28,978 nucleotides of DNA from a virus, in the UHGV virus genome UHGV-0201389. One strand, written 5' to 3'. Position numbers and translations under genes: made by a program. Every line of letters begins with the position of its first letter. Position 1 is the first letter of the stretch. This document shows, one piece after another, positions 16,878 through 26,292 of the stretch. The notes beneath the pieces are model-generated. The model ran no database searches. It worked only from the letters and a program-made list of their open reading frames with translations, and was not told the origin of the DNA.

Positions 16878-19800
16878 TGGGAATTGAAGTATTGGTAGGC
16901 GCGGTTATTGCTGGTGCGTCTGCTGGGATGGCTGCTGCTGCAACATTTTCTGTTATGACCGCAGTCGCTATCGGTATGGCTGCTGGTGCTATGACCTTGA
17001 TCGCTTCCACTGTAGGCGCACCAAAAACACCAAAAGTACAAAGCCCAGATAATGCGGTGACGCTAGGAACATCAAACGATCCTAAGACAGTATTACCCGT
17101 TCTTTTCGGTACTACCCGTACTGGTGCGATTTGCGTTTATAAGGCTATTTCTAAGAAAGAAAACAATAAGTTAGTTCAAATCTTCGCAATTGCAGAAGGT
17201 GAAATTGACCATTACAAAGCACTGTTTATCGATAATAAAAATGTTCTCGTTGGTAAGAACATGACGATCCGCGATGGTGTACTGGACAAGGGCAACATTA
17301 AAGAAGAATACCGGAAAGTATTAGAGGTTGAATTCCGCACTGGTAAGAATCCTAACACCGCCTTGTCACTGGCAAAAACTCACTTAGGCTCAGACTGGAC
17401 CGACGCTTACAAGGGTAACGGCATTGCTACCATGTGTATTGTTTTACGCCGTGATGATAAATCTCTTGCTGCTGGTGTTGATATTCTCCAGCCTAATAGC
17501 CAAGTGGCAGTCGATGTTATGGGCTTAAAAATTCGTAACCTTGAAACCAATGCTATTGAGGCCAGCACTAACGGCGTGGACCAGATTTTCCACTACCTAA
17601 CAAATGAAAAATATGGTCTTTCAGTACCAATTGAAAACATTAACGTTGATTCGTTCCTGAAAGTTCGCCAGCAAGTTCGCCAAATGGACCTACATTCAAA
17701 CGGTGCATGTGATCCGAACGCCAGCTTTAAAGAGAACTTAACTAGCCTTATGCAGACTTTCGGCGGGGTGATGTTCGAATCCTTCGGACGTATTACTCTG
17801 AAACTGGATGCTCCTGATATTGTTAAGCATGTATTCAATGAAGACAATATTATGATGGGTAAGGTATCGCTTAAGACTGGTGGCACTAACGGTTATTTCA
17901 ATACCATTAACGCGATGTATCAAGAACCATCAATTGACTATTCAGAGCAAATGCTACGTTATCCGGCTGATGCTGAAAATGATGCTACTATCCGCGAAGA
18001 TGGTCGAATTATTGCCAAAGATATTGAATATCGTTTTGTTAAGTCTAAAGACCAGATTGATAAACTTGCGAGCATTGAACGAAATAAATCTCGAATCACT
18101 CAGGTTATCAGCTTTATGACTACTGACGCATTCACTGCCGAAGTGTGGGACGTTATCAGCGTAACCTATGATGAATTAAAACTGAATAATTCCTTATGGC
18201 GTATTACTGCAATTGATCGCAGTATCGATTCTGGTATTGCTGGGATGATGACTATCACCGCCACAGAATATAATTCTCAGGTTTATACTGACCTGAACTA
18301 TGCGGCGAATCCAGACAATAGACCAACTGGTTTACCGGATTCAATGACAGTACAGAAGCCAACTAATTTCAGAATTAAGGCAACTGGTGAGACAATCCAC
18401 GGTAAAAACGTTACTTTGACATGGGATGCACCGGAAGACTTCAACCGTTACGGCTTCCAGATTGATTACAAAGTGAGTGGATCACCTAACTGGATTAAGC
18501 TGGGACAGACTTCACAGCAAATTTTCAATATCAATGCACTGGCAAAAGATCGTTCCTACGATTACCGCGTGTGTGCTTTCGGTATCATCGCCCGTTCTGA
18601 TTGGGTAGAACTGGTTAACCAGAATCCAGAAGTTACCTATGAACTACCTACGCCAGTGATCCGTATTAAAAATCAGGGTAGCACACCTGGTACTTTCGAA
18701 GGCAATGATCTGATTATTGAATGGGATAACCAGCAAAAATTAGATGTTGTTATCAACGGTGAAACTAACAAGTTTAGCGACCTGTTCGAAGCCTACATTA
18801 TCAAGGTAACTAACAAGGCTGGTAAGTCTATTCAGTACCGTACCCGCGATCCTGAATCGTGGACCTATACGCTTGATATGAACCAGTTTAACGGCCTTTC
18901 CCGTCAACTGACGGTAGAAGTATCCGCTAAGGGTTATAACAACTCTGTGAGCGCTCCAGCGCGTTTAGTGGCTATTAACCCACAGCATAAGCCAATGAAA
19001 GGATTTAGTGCGCGTGGTGGCTTTAATAGTGTGTTTGTTAGCTGGACCGATGACGTAGAACATGACTATGCAGGGTCAATCATTCAGTATGCAACCGACA
19101 ATACTTTCTCTGATGCAAGGGCGGTGACAACTAACAGCGTTAGCCATACTTCCTTTGATTTGGCTGATGGTGATTATTATATCCGTGGTGCTCACTACGA
19201 TATTTTCGGTATCGATGATGCTGTTTGGTCTGAACCTTATTACATGTCTATGCAATCTTCGATTAGTTGGGAAGATCAGGACAAAGAAGCACTGGAAGAC
19301 CTGATTGGTTTACAGGATCGCTTAGATGAAACTATCGCTGATGCTATTGCTCAAGCTGGCGCTAATGCTGATGCTAAAATCGATGCAATGCATAAGCAAA
19401 TCACCACCGAAACGGGTAAAACTGTTCAAGCCTCAGCCGATACCTTAAAGAGTCTGATTACTTCTGGTGATCAAGCCAGTGCAACTAAGATTGATCAGGT
19501 TAAAGCTGAACTAAAAGGCGATATCACGAAAGAGGTTAGCGCATCTGCTACTACCCTGAAACAAGCTATTGCAACCAGTGAGGCAGCAAGCGCAAGTAAG
19601 ATTGATCAAGTTCGGGTAGAAATGGACGGTAAGATTGCTGGCGTTAACCAGGAAGCAGATGTAAAAATCGATGCTTTGAAGGGAACCATTAACAGCAAAT
19701 ATAATCTGGCAGTTAATGCAGATGGTCGCGTGGCTGGTATTCACATGAGCGCAACCAACGATCCGGCACAACCGACGAGAATCATCTTTACGGCTGATAA

Positions 19801-20653
19801 AATCGCGGTAGCTCCACAATCTGGATCGGGTGTTTGCCCGTTTGGTATCGAAAATAACAAGGTTTATCTCGATAATGCCATGATTCGTAATGCTGCAATT
19901 GGCACAGCACAGATTAATGATGCGGCTATTACTACCGCTAAGATCGGCAATGCTGCAATTAACAGCGCGAAGATTCAGGACGGGGCAATCACTAACGCCA
20001 AGATCGTAAACGGTGCAATTGATAATGCCAAAATCGGTAACTATATCCAGTCTTCCAACTGGAACGGATCTACCGGATGGCATATTAACAAGAATGGTAG
20101 TGCTACGTTCATGAACGCCACCGTTAAAGGTAATATCACGGCTGATTCTGGTACTCTGAACAACGTCACGATTAACTCTAGCTGTGTTATTAAGGGTATG
20201 CTTGAAGCTACTCAGGTTAAGGGTGATTTCGTTAAGGTGATTGGTCGTAAGTTCCCGCACCGTGATGTTAACGTTGATAATGGTTATGCAGGTTATCCAC
20301 AGGGTACGGTCACTGTTCGCGTTGAAGATGATCATAACTTTGACCGTCAAATCGTTATTCCGGCAATTAGTTTTGGTGGATTGCGAGCGCGTGAAGGATC
20401 GAACGGTAATACGTTTTATGACACATGTCGCCTAATTGTTCGTAAGAATGGGTCAGAGTTGTATAATAGGGCGTATGGTGGCAATACTGGTCTTTACTCT
20501 GGTGTTATTGATATGCCGAGGGGTGGTGGTGCTGTAACTATCACGTTTGAAGTACAATCAAGCGCAATCAACAACTGGACACCGAGTACATGGATTAGTG
20601 ACTTAACGGTAATGGTAACTAAGAAAGCAACTACCGGTATTACTGTTTCTTAA
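16877..20653 (+). CDS. Central tail fibre / host specificity protein, lambda gpJ-like (1258 aa)
   Basis: Follows the gpK-like gene as in lambda; Gly/Ala-rich hydrophobic N-terminus; fibronectin-III-like segments; Ala-rich coiled-coil repeats; AKI-type short repeats; C-terminal ~150 aa ([12 protein letters not shown]...[13 protein letters not shown]...LTVMVTKK) resemble, from memory, the lambda J receptor-binding domain. Confidence 0.85.
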   Translation: MGIEVLVGAVIAGASAGMAAAATFSVMTAVAIGMAAGAMTLIASTVGAPKTPKVQSPDNAVTLGTSNDPKTVLPVLFGTTRTGAICVYKAISKKENNKLVQIFAIAEGEIDHYKALFIDNKNVLVGKNMTIRDGVLDKGNIKEEYRKVLEVEFRTGKNPNTALSLAKTHLGSDWTDAYKGNGIATMCIVLRRDDKSLAAGVDILQPNSQVAVDVMGLKIRNLETNAIEASTNGVDQIFHYLTNEKYGLSVPIENINVDSFLKVRQQVRQMDLHSNGACDPNASFKENLTSLMQTFGGVMFESFGRITLKLDAPDIVKHVFNEDNIMMGKVSLKTGGTNGYFNTINAMYQEPSIDYSEQMLRYPADAENDATIREDGRIIAKDIEYRFVKSKDQIDKLASIERNKSRITQVISFMTTDAFTAEVWDVISVTYDELKLNNSLWRITAIDRSIDSGIAGMMTITATEYNSQVYTDLNYAANPDNRPTGLPDSMTVQKPTNFRIKATGETIHGKNVTLTWDAPEDFNRYGFQIDYKVSGSPNWIKLGQTSQQIFNINALAKDRSYDYRVCAFGIIARSDWVELVNQNPEVTYELPTPVIRIKNQGSTPGTFEGNDLIIEWDNQQKLDVVINGETNKFSDLFEAYIIKVTNKAGKSIQYRTRDPESWTYTLDMNQFNGLSRQLTVEVSAKGYNNSVSAPARLVAINPQHKPMKGFSARGGFNSVFVSWTDDVEHDYAGSIIQYATDNTFSDARAVTTNSVSHTSFDLADGDYYIRGAHYDIFGIDDAVWSEPYYMSMQSSISWEDQDKEALEDLIGLQDRLDETIADAIAQAGANADAKIDAMHKQITTETGKTVQASADTLKSLITSGDQASATKIDQVKAELKGDITKEVSASATTLKQAIATSEAASASKIDQVRVEMDGKIAGVNQEADVKIDALKGTINSKYNLAVNADGRVAGIHMSATNDPAQPTRIIFTADKIAVAPQSGSGVCPFGIENNKVYLDNAMIRNAAIGTAQINDAAITTAKIGNAAINSAKIQDGAITNAKIVNGAIDNAKIGNYIQSSNWNGSTGWHINKNGSATFMNATVKGNITADSGTLNNVTINSSCVIKGMLEATQVKGDFVKVIGRKFPHRDVNVDNGYAGYPQGTVTVRVEDDHNFDRQIVIPAISFGGLRAREGSNGNTFYDTCRLIVRKNGSELYNRAYGGNTGLYSGVIDMPRGGGAVTITFEVQSSAINNWTPSTWISDLTVMVTKKATTGITVS

Positions 20654-20671
20654 AATTTAATTTTAATAATA

Positions 20672-20713
20672 AATCCCGCTTAATACTTTGTAATTAGGCG
20701 GGATTATTTTTAT
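20672..20713 (+). terminator. Rho-independent terminator after the gpJ-like gene
   Basis: AATCCCGC...GCGGGATT stem with extended imperfect pairing, followed by TATTTTTAT. Confidence 0.75.
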
Positions 20714-20755
20714 CTAAATAATTCTGCCATTAAATTATAAAATATCGGGGGCGTA

Positions 20756-21034
20756 ATGACTGAAATTATATATGGCGGTATCGGTGTTATCGCCTTAATT
20801 TGTGGTGGGCTTTGGAGACTCCACCGAAATCAATTAGCCACAGAAAATAGGTTGTCTAAATTGGAATCCAGCGACGCATTGTTAAACCAGAAGTTTGAGA
20901 CGATGCAAAGTAACCATGACCAGATTGCCGAGAGAGTTTATCGAATGGAACAAACCCTGCACGGTATAGAAAAGAAAGTGGTTGCTATGGACGCCAAATT
21001 TGACCAAGTTATCGATTTACTCAAACAAAAATAA
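20756..21034 (+). CDS. Membrane-anchored coiled-coil protein (92 aa), possible lysis-associated (spanin/antiholin-like) or exclusion protein
   Basis: N-terminal hydrophobic helix (IIYGGIGVIALICGGLW) followed by a heptad-like charged region; SD GGGGG upstream; AT-rich codon usage distinct from the structural genes. Confidence 0.5.
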   Translation: MTEIIYGGIGVIALICGGLWRLHRNQLATENRLSKLESSDALLNQKFETMQSNHDQIAERVYRMEQTLHGIEKKVVAMDAKFDQVIDLLKQK

Positions 21035-21053
21035 TAATACTAAGGGTGAATAT

Positions 21054-21224
21054 ATGAAGAATAAACTTAAAAAATACTTTGGTTATCTCTTAATAATCGC
21101 CCTCACTTATAACGTAGCATTACGACCTCTGCTTACGTCCTTCGGGCTTAATCTTCCGGCTATGGCTGTGAATGATGAATTGCTTAGGACTATAGCGGGG
21201 GTCTTTTCGTTATTAGGGGGCTAA
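21054..21224 (+). CDS. Small membrane protein (56 aa), holin-like candidate
   Basis: ATG preceded by AAGGGTGA; basic N-terminus then hydrophobic segments (YFGYLLIIALTYNVAL, IAGVFSLLGG). The longer ORF from 20982 overlaps the upstream gene and lacks an RBS. Confidence 0.45.
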   Translation: MKNKLKKYFGYLLIIALTYNVALRPLLTSFGLNLPAMAVNDELLRTIAGVFSLLGG

Positions 21225-21225
21225 C

Positions 21226-21831
21226 ATGTCTAAACCGAAAATCTCATCCAACATTGATAAGGTGAAGAAAGACATCAAGGATTGGAAAAAGAAGGCTAGT
21301 AATAGTTTTCATAAAGATTTAGGTTTAGCGGTCATTGATGAGCGGGTAAAGTTACAGAAGAAAATCAATTCAAGGATAGATCGCCCGACCAAATTCACAC
21401 AGAAAGCGGTCAATTCATATAACCGTATTCGCTCCAGTGGTAAAACGTCTTTTCATAGCGTTTTTATCATGAACAATCAGGAAAAATACTTAAAATACTA
21501 CTTTGAAGGTGGTAGTAATATTGAGAAATTTGTTCCTGTAACCGATGACCGTACTAACCAATTTGGTAACATTCCACAACTCAAAAACGGTAAGAAAATA
21601 GGGAAGTATGTAACCACCAAATCTAAATCAGGTAAAATACTACTTCTCGATCCATCCGTTAAAGCAGGAATGAAAAACAAGAAAAAGCTAGGAAAGCGTC
21701 TTGTTGCGGTTTTGAAGACAACCGACCGTAGTAACATTATGGGGTCATGGAAAGAAAATGAAAATGAGATGAAAAAGAATATCCAGAAGAGAATGAAAAA
21801 ACACTTCATAGGTAAGATCAATTTCGTCTAA
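21226..21831 (+). CDS. Lys-rich basic hypothetical protein (201 aa)
   Basis: ORF with SD GGGGG; very Lys/Asn-rich; no recognisable catalytic motif. Confidence 0.6.
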   Translation: MSKPKISSNIDKVKKDIKDWKKKASNSFHKDLGLAVIDERVKLQKKINSRIDRPTKFTQKAVNSYNRIRSSGKTSFHSVFIMNNQEKYLKYYFEGGSNIEKFVPVTDDRTNQFGNIPQLKNGKKIGKYVTTKSKSGKILLLDPSVKAGMKNKKKLGKRLVAVLKTTDRSNIMGSWKENENEMKKNIQKRMKKHFIGKINFV

Positions 21832-21870
21832 TCCATAAATACCCTCATAGAAACTTTATGAGGGTATAAC

Positions 21871-22218
21871 ATGGCTAAAAATATTTTTACTGAATTCCCC
21901 ACTTATCCGGTCGATCAGCTCTCCGGTATTTTTATTAATGGCATTAGCCCAGAATCTATGACACATGATTTTGAGGCAAAGAGAGTACAACATAAACAAT
22001 TCAAGCAAATGATCCGCGATGATGGTAATGGGCTAGTGTTTTGTGTTGCGACACTCGCTAAACGTCCTAAGTATCGTTTTCGTGTAGGCCAAGAGATTGA
22101 CATTGATAATCCTTATAATTTCAACTGCTTAGGTGACACGCGAGCGGTTTGCTTAGGTACTGCTCCTTATTATATCAAGGGTATGCGCTTTATTGGATAT
22201 ATCTTCCAGTACCTTTAA
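21871..22218 (+). CDS. Hypothetical protein (115 aa)
   Basis: ORF with upstream GAGGG; no recognisable motifs; immediately upstream of the peptidase gene. Confidence 0.55.
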   Translation: MAKNIFTEFPTYPVDQLSGIFINGISPESMTHDFEAKRVQHKQFKQMIRDDGNGLVFCVATLAKRPKYRFRVGQEIDIDNPYNFNCLGDTRAVCLGTAPYYIKGMRFIGYIFQYL

Positions 22219-22229
22219 GGGGGTAATAT

Positions 22230-22583
22230 ATGTTAAGCAAATACTTTTCCCGCAAGGAATTCAAATGTAAATGCGGAAAATGTGATTATGATACTATCGA
22301 CGCTGAATTGCTGGTAGTTCTCGATGATGTTCGTGAACACTTCGGGAAACCAGTAATTATTAACAGTGGGAACCGTTGTCCGACTCATAACAAGAATGTA
22401 GGCGGGGCAACCAATAGCTATCACGTTCGAGGCCGTGCGGCTGACATTGTAATCAAGGGTGTCTCCCCTGATATTGTCCATGCTTATCTTGATGGGAAAT
22501 ATCCTACTCAATATGGTCTAGGCAAATATAAAACCTTTACGCATATTGATAGCAGGTCGAAAAAATCTAGATGGAATGGTTAA
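22230..22583 (+). CDS. Peptidoglycan peptidase, Peptidase_M15 (MepK/YcbK-like zinc hydrolase) - probable endolysin
   Basis: YFSRKEF...SGNRCPTHNKNVGGATNSYHVRGRAADI...HID matches the His/Asp/His zinc-binding pattern of M15-family cell-wall peptidases; TAAGGGGGTAATATATG initiation motif; followed by a strong terminator. Confidence 0.65.
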   Translation: MLSKYFSRKEFKCKCGKCDYDTIDAELLVVLDDVREHFGKPVIINSGNRCPTHNKNVGGATNSYHVRGRAADIVIKGVSPDIVHAYLDGKYPTQYGLGKYKTFTHIDSRSKKSRWNG

Positions 22584-22603
22584 TCGTCAATTCACATATA
22601 ACA

Positions 22604-22636
22604 AAAAAGCGCCTCACAATGGCGCTTTATTTTTAT
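22604..22636 (+). terminator. Rho-independent terminator after the peptidase gene
   Basis: Perfect 8-bp stem AAAGCGCC / GGCGCTTT, 7-nt loop, followed by TTTATTTTTAT. Confidence 0.85.
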
Positions 22637-22701
22637 CTGGCGCAAATTGACGATAGCGCCCGTGTCGCGCAGAGTACGAGAAATCAGAATTGAAAGTTGT
22701 T

Positions 22702-22857
22702 ATGGCGGCAGATGATGAGATTTTGCCACTTGACACAAAGATCGCTTATTATCAAATGGTAATGGATTTTGCTGGTCGTGCACTGGATATTGTTAAATCT
22801 CGTGGGTTTGCGATCAAGAATGCTATAGAATTGCGTATGTTGGAATCCGGTCGATAA
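22702..22857 (+). CDS. Small hypothetical protein (51 aa), uncertain
   Basis: Sub-60-aa ORF translated manually; weak RBS; lies between two terminators. Confidence 0.3.
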   Translation: MAADDEILPLDTKIAYYQMVMDFAGRALDIVKSRGFAIKNAIELRMLESGR

Positions 22858-22877
22858 ATATATGCAGGAGGAATTTT

Positions 22878-22964
22878 ATGAGTGAATGTATTTGTAGTGT
22901 ATGCAAACAGCCAGTAGAATTGGCGTTTGTGATTAAAGTAAACGACCATGTTGTTCACCCTTAA
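22878..22964 (+). CDS. Cys-containing micro-protein (28 aa, MSECICSVCKQPVELAFVIKVNDHVVHP), uncertain
   Basis: Consensus SD AGGAGG 7 nt upstream of the ATG; CxCxxC motif; directly upstream of a bidirectional terminator. Confidence 0.35.
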   Translation: MSECICSVCKQPVELAFVIKVNDHVVHP

Positions 22965-22979
22965 AATAACTAATTATCA

Positions 22980-23012
22980 AAAAGCCCCAACCGAAAGGAA
23001 GGGGCTTAATTT
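22980..23012. terminator. Bidirectional terminator at the strand switch
   Basis: AAGCCCC...GGGGCTT stem with internal CC-gaaa-GG, T runs on both strands; abuts the helicase stop codon. Confidence 0.75.
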
Positions 23013-24506
23013 TTATGCGAGCATTATACGTTTTTGAGTCCAGTCGAATTTATCGGATATATAACACTTTATTCTTTCAAGCGCATGACTAACAGCATAA
23101 TTCTTACGGGTAACTTTTCCATTCTTACCCACAATGCAAAGGTCGTCTATCAAATCCCATACTACCGCAATTGCTTTACTACCATGTTTCCTAAGAGCAC
23201 GTCCTATTGATTGCCGGACAATGGTTGATTCTTTAACCGGATGACCAAAGATGACATGGTGTAGATTCTTAATCGAAACACCAGTAGAGAAAACACCATA
23301 GGAGGCAACTACAATCAATCCTTTCTCATTTTCAGCCATTTTCTTTAAGGCATCGCGTTCGGCGGTGGTAATCTCACTGGAAACGTAATAAACCTTATCG
23401 TAAACGCGCTGTAATGCATTATAAAGCATTTTTCCATGCTTAGAGTACCGGAACATCAAAAATACGTTTTCTTGCTTTCTAGCGAGTTTTAAGGCCAATT
23501 CACAAGCCAGTTTATTCCTTGCTTTGTGACCATTGATGAATTTAATCTCTTCCTGATAATCTTTACCCCGCATTGCTTTACATTCTTCATCCTTGTACTT
23601 GAGGAAGAGAGCATTAATCTTAAGCTGGGTAACTTGTCCGTCATCCATCAATTGTTTTATTGCTACTATCTTCTGAATATCACCAAACAACCCGACATAT
23701 TGCATTAAATGGCATTTTGATTCTTTCGGGGAACCAGTCATACCGATTTTGAACTGGCAGTGATTCATTCCGTTGATGATGTTGGTGATATTCTTTGCAC
23801 TGGCACGATGTGATTCATCAACTATCAACATTCCATATTGTCGGAACCATTCAGGAGGCATCTTGCAAGCTGATTGCCATGTACTGACAGTGATTAACCT
23901 GTCTCCCGGATGTTTCCCGCTACCACTCATCATTGTATGGATTGCTTCATGAGGGAATAGCCTATAATCGACAAAATCATCCCTCATTTGAACCACCAGC
24001 GATGTAGTCGGGACAATGATTAGAATCTTTCCGGTGTAGTTCTCCAGATACCAACGAGACAGCATACAAGCAATCAATGACTTACCCGCACTGGTAGGAA
24101 GAACCAGCATTCTACGGCGATTATGGATACCCTGAAATACTGCCTCCCTTTGATACCAGTAAGGATTGATTTTATTGCTACCGGAATACACTTCTAAAGA
24201 GTCAATCCATGAATCAATCTGTTCTTTGGTTACATCTTCCTTCTCAAGCAATCTGGGGTCTACCCATACGCTATAGCCCATGTTTTTAGCGAAGATACCC
24301 AATGTTTTCAATAATCCGATTGGCAGGGTATTTTCATGCGTAAACAGTCTTATCTTTCCATCCCAGCCGGAATATTTGTAGCGGGGGCTAAATCTAGCCC
24401 CTTCAACCTCAAACGAGAAATAATCTCTTAATTCCATCCCAATGGAAGGAGAGCATTCAACCTTAACGAAACTGTAATCTTGAAAATGAATGTTAATATC
24501 TTGCAT
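23013..24506 (-). CDS. uvsW: UvsW-type SF2 DNA helicase (start at ATG 24506; the listed ORF extends to GTG 24515)
   Basis: Walker A LPTSAGKS, DExH-type motif II IVDESH, and an N-terminal domain (HFQDYSFVKVEC...LRDYFSF) characteristic of T4 UvsW-like helicases; ATG overlaps the stop of the upstream gene (TAATG). Confidence 0.85.
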   Translation of the reverse strand: MQDINIHFQDYSFVKVECSPSIGMELRDYFSFEVEGARFSPRYKYSGWDGKIRLFTHENTLPIGLLKTLGIFAKNMGYSVWVDPRLLEKEDVTKEQIDSWIDSLEVYSGSNKINPYWYQREAVFQGIHNRRRMLVLPTSAGKSLIACMLSRWYLENYTGKILIIVPTTSLVVQMRDDFVDYRLFPHEAIHTMMSGSGKHPGDRLITVSTWQSACKMPPEWFRQYGMLIVDESHRASAKNITNIINGMNHCQFKIGMTGSPKESKCHLMQYVGLFGDIQKIVAIKQLMDDGQVTQLKINALFLKYKDEECKAMRGKDYQEEIKFINGHKARNKLACELALKLARKQENVFLMFRYSKHGKMLYNALQRVYDKVYYVSSEITTAERDALKKMAENEKGLIVVASYGVFSTGVSIKNLHHVIFGHPVKESTIVRQSIGRALRKHGSKAIAVVWDLIDDLCIVGKNGKVTRKNYAVSHALERIKCYISDKFDWTQKRIMLA

Positions 24507-25075
24507 TAGTTCCACTCCACACTTGCAATATTCTTTATATTGTTTAGTGATTTATTGCAGTAGTGGAATGTTTCAGTTTTGCCGTATTCAATCCCGCCTA
24601 TACCCACATCCAACATTCTCTTTATTGCTCGCTCAGTGGCTAGCGCATGTTTCATTGATGGCATTTCACGAGCATAGACAATATCAAAGTTATGACCGGG
24701 ATTGCGTAAGCCCAGATTAACCCTACGTTTGATAATCGATTTTGTTACACCAAATTTACCAATATCGCCGGATTGCATCACATAGAGATATGGTACACCC
24801 GCTTTATATTGAAAATAATCACTCTTGAAACATACACAGCGTTTGCCTTCATTAAGCAGGTTAGTAGCTGATTTGTCGGCTCTATCACCGCAGCGAGTAC
24901 ATGTAAGAGCAATTCTCGTGTGAAGCCCTTTAAACTCACCCAGAAAGCCATGAAAGACTAACGGTAAGTCATTATCTTTGATGTGAGTAAGAATGCGTTG
25001 TTCTAATGCTGGTGGAGTTACAGCACGGGATGATTTAGGAGTAAAAACAATATCTTTAGCCATTACTGGAATCAT
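24506..25075 (-). CDS. Zn-ribbon + T5orf172/GIY-YIG-like domain protein (189 aa)
   Basis: CTRCGD...CVC zinc-ribbon-like Cys cluster followed by YLYVMQ...KFGVTKS...R...GKTETF, matching the T5orf172 (GIY-YIG-like) pattern; SD GTGAGG upstream; coupled to the helicase gene. Confidence 0.65.
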   Translation of the reverse strand: MIPVMAKDIVFTPKSSRAVTPPALEQRILTHIKDNDLPLVFHGFLGEFKGLHTRIALTCTRCGDRADKSATNLLNEGKRCVCFKSDYFQYKAGVPYLYVMQSGDIGKFGVTKSIIKRRVNLGLRNPGHNFDIVYAREMPSMKHALATERAIKRMLDVGIGGIEYGKTETFHYCNKSLNNIKNIASVEWN

Positions 25076-25229
25076 ATAGACCTCACTTTAACTTATAGGC
25101 AAAACCCTCAATATGGTTGGTTTGTAACTTTAGGGTCGCGGATTATATATCAAAGTTAGTACAGATGCAATAGTGAGATAATTTTATCCAATAAATAGTA
25201 GTGAACTTATAATTTTAGAGGAAACTACT
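25076..25229. promoter_or_regulatory. AT-rich divergent intergenic region with candidate sigma70-like promoter for the + strand gene
   Basis: TTGTAA (25122-25127), 16-nt spacer, TATATA (25144-25149); SD AGAGGA before the ATG at 25230; a leftward promoter for the helicase operon is expected here too but was not resolved. Confidence 0.4.
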
Positions 25230-26255
25230 ATGAAACTAGCATTTGCCAAAGACATTGATTTTGTGAAAGTTGGTAAGCAGAAAACACCGCAATTCTACGA
25301 AGAAATCTGTATTGAATATGCACACAAGACTAAGAAGACTTTCAAAGGATTTATCCTACCGTGGGAAGCCAACCGAACCAGAACAATGTTTATTGACAAT
25401 GAAAGCGGTAAAGAATCTACACCGATGTTGATCAACGTTCGTACATCATGGGGGAAGGTTAAAGGATGCAAACTGGACAAGGGTATCAGTCCGACGGTAA
25501 AACATAAGGCAATGAATCTTTCCAGCGAGAAGAAGCAACAAAAATTAGAGAAACTATACTCAGATGTGAGAAAAGCCGTGGAACACGGTAATAATAAACT
25601 GATTCGAATCACAGGAGAGTTACCAAGCCGCTATAAGTCATATGCTGAATGTAAATGTCTTATCCATAATGAAATCTTTGTTCGAAATTGTCGGGACTTG
25701 ATTCATAAAGGTAGCGCCGCGTGTCCTCAGTGCTTATCTGTCATGCGTTCTATGCAAAATGGTATTTCTCATTACAAATATCATGGAAAAATCAGACCTG
25801 TATCTCTCTATATCCAGTCTCTAGATAAAGAGTTCATCAAATTTGGCATCTCTATCAATCCAGAAGCACGAATGAGAGAACAACAAAGAAACTCACCATT
25901 CATTCATAGTCTGGTTTATACGCATGAATTTAAGGAAGGTTGGAAAGCAGTTGATGTTGAATATGGAATTAAAACCATTTTTAAAGGAAAGAAACTAACC
26001 ATTGATGATTTATCGACCGGATATACAGAAACACGGGATTACAAGTTACTCTCAGAAATTATTAAATTCGTTGATGATTACATCAAAACCGATCCTACCG
26101 TACCGCAATACATTCAAGACGAAAATGAATTCTGGTCACAGATTGGCGGTGATTTTGAACTAGAAGAATCAACGTTCGTGTTTCCAGATACCAGCGATGA
26201 GGAATATTACAATAATTTAGCAGAACTTGATTTAAGCCCTTTAGACACTCTCTAA
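25230..26255 (+). CDS. Zn-ribbon + T5orf172/GIY-YIG-like domain protein with extra N-terminal domain (341 aa)
   Basis: CKC...C...CPQC Cys cluster followed by LYIQS...KFGISINPEAR...GYTETRDY, paralogous in architecture to the 189-aa protein on the opposite strand; acidic C-terminus. Confidence 0.65.
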   Translation: MKLAFAKDIDFVKVGKQKTPQFYEEICIEYAHKTKKTFKGFILPWEANRTRTMFIDNESGKESTPMLINVRTSWGKVKGCKLDKGISPTVKHKAMNLSSEKKQQKLEKLYSDVRKAVEHGNNKLIRITGELPSRYKSYAECKCLIHNEIFVRNCRDLIHKGSAACPQCLSVMRSMQNGISHYKYHGKIRPVSLYIQSLDKEFIKFGISINPEARMREQQRNSPFIHSLVYTHEFKEGWKAVDVEYGIKTIFKGKKLTIDDLSTGYTETRDYKLLSEIIKFVDDYIKTDPTVPQYIQDENEFWSQIGGDFELEESTFVFPDTSDEEYYNNLAELDLSPLDTL

Positions 26256-26270
26256 CGCAATTAAATTAAA

Positions 26271-26292
26271 AAGGGGTACATCTGTACCCCTT
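26271..26292 (-). terminator. Perfect 22-bp palindrome serving as terminator for the recombinase gene (alternative reading: recombination site)
   Basis: AAGGGGTACA-TC-TGTACCCCTT; on the minus strand the stem is followed by TTTTTAATTT, 37 nt downstream of the recombinase stop. Confidence 0.6.

Noticed and set aside
19511-20350. 279-aa minus-strand ORF inside the gpJ-like gene
   Set aside because: Antisense to a well-supported long CDS; low-complexity Asn/Ile-rich translation; no RBS.
20982-21053. Longer 80-aa version of the small membrane protein ORF
   Set aside because: Starts inside the preceding gene without an RBS; the internal ATG at 21054 has an AAGGGTGA SD.
22752-22958. 68-aa minus-strand ORF in the inter-terminator region
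   Set aside because: Opposes the flanking + strand transcription unit and lacks an RBS; the + strand micro-ORFs, one with a consensus SD, are the more plausible reading, though neither is proven.
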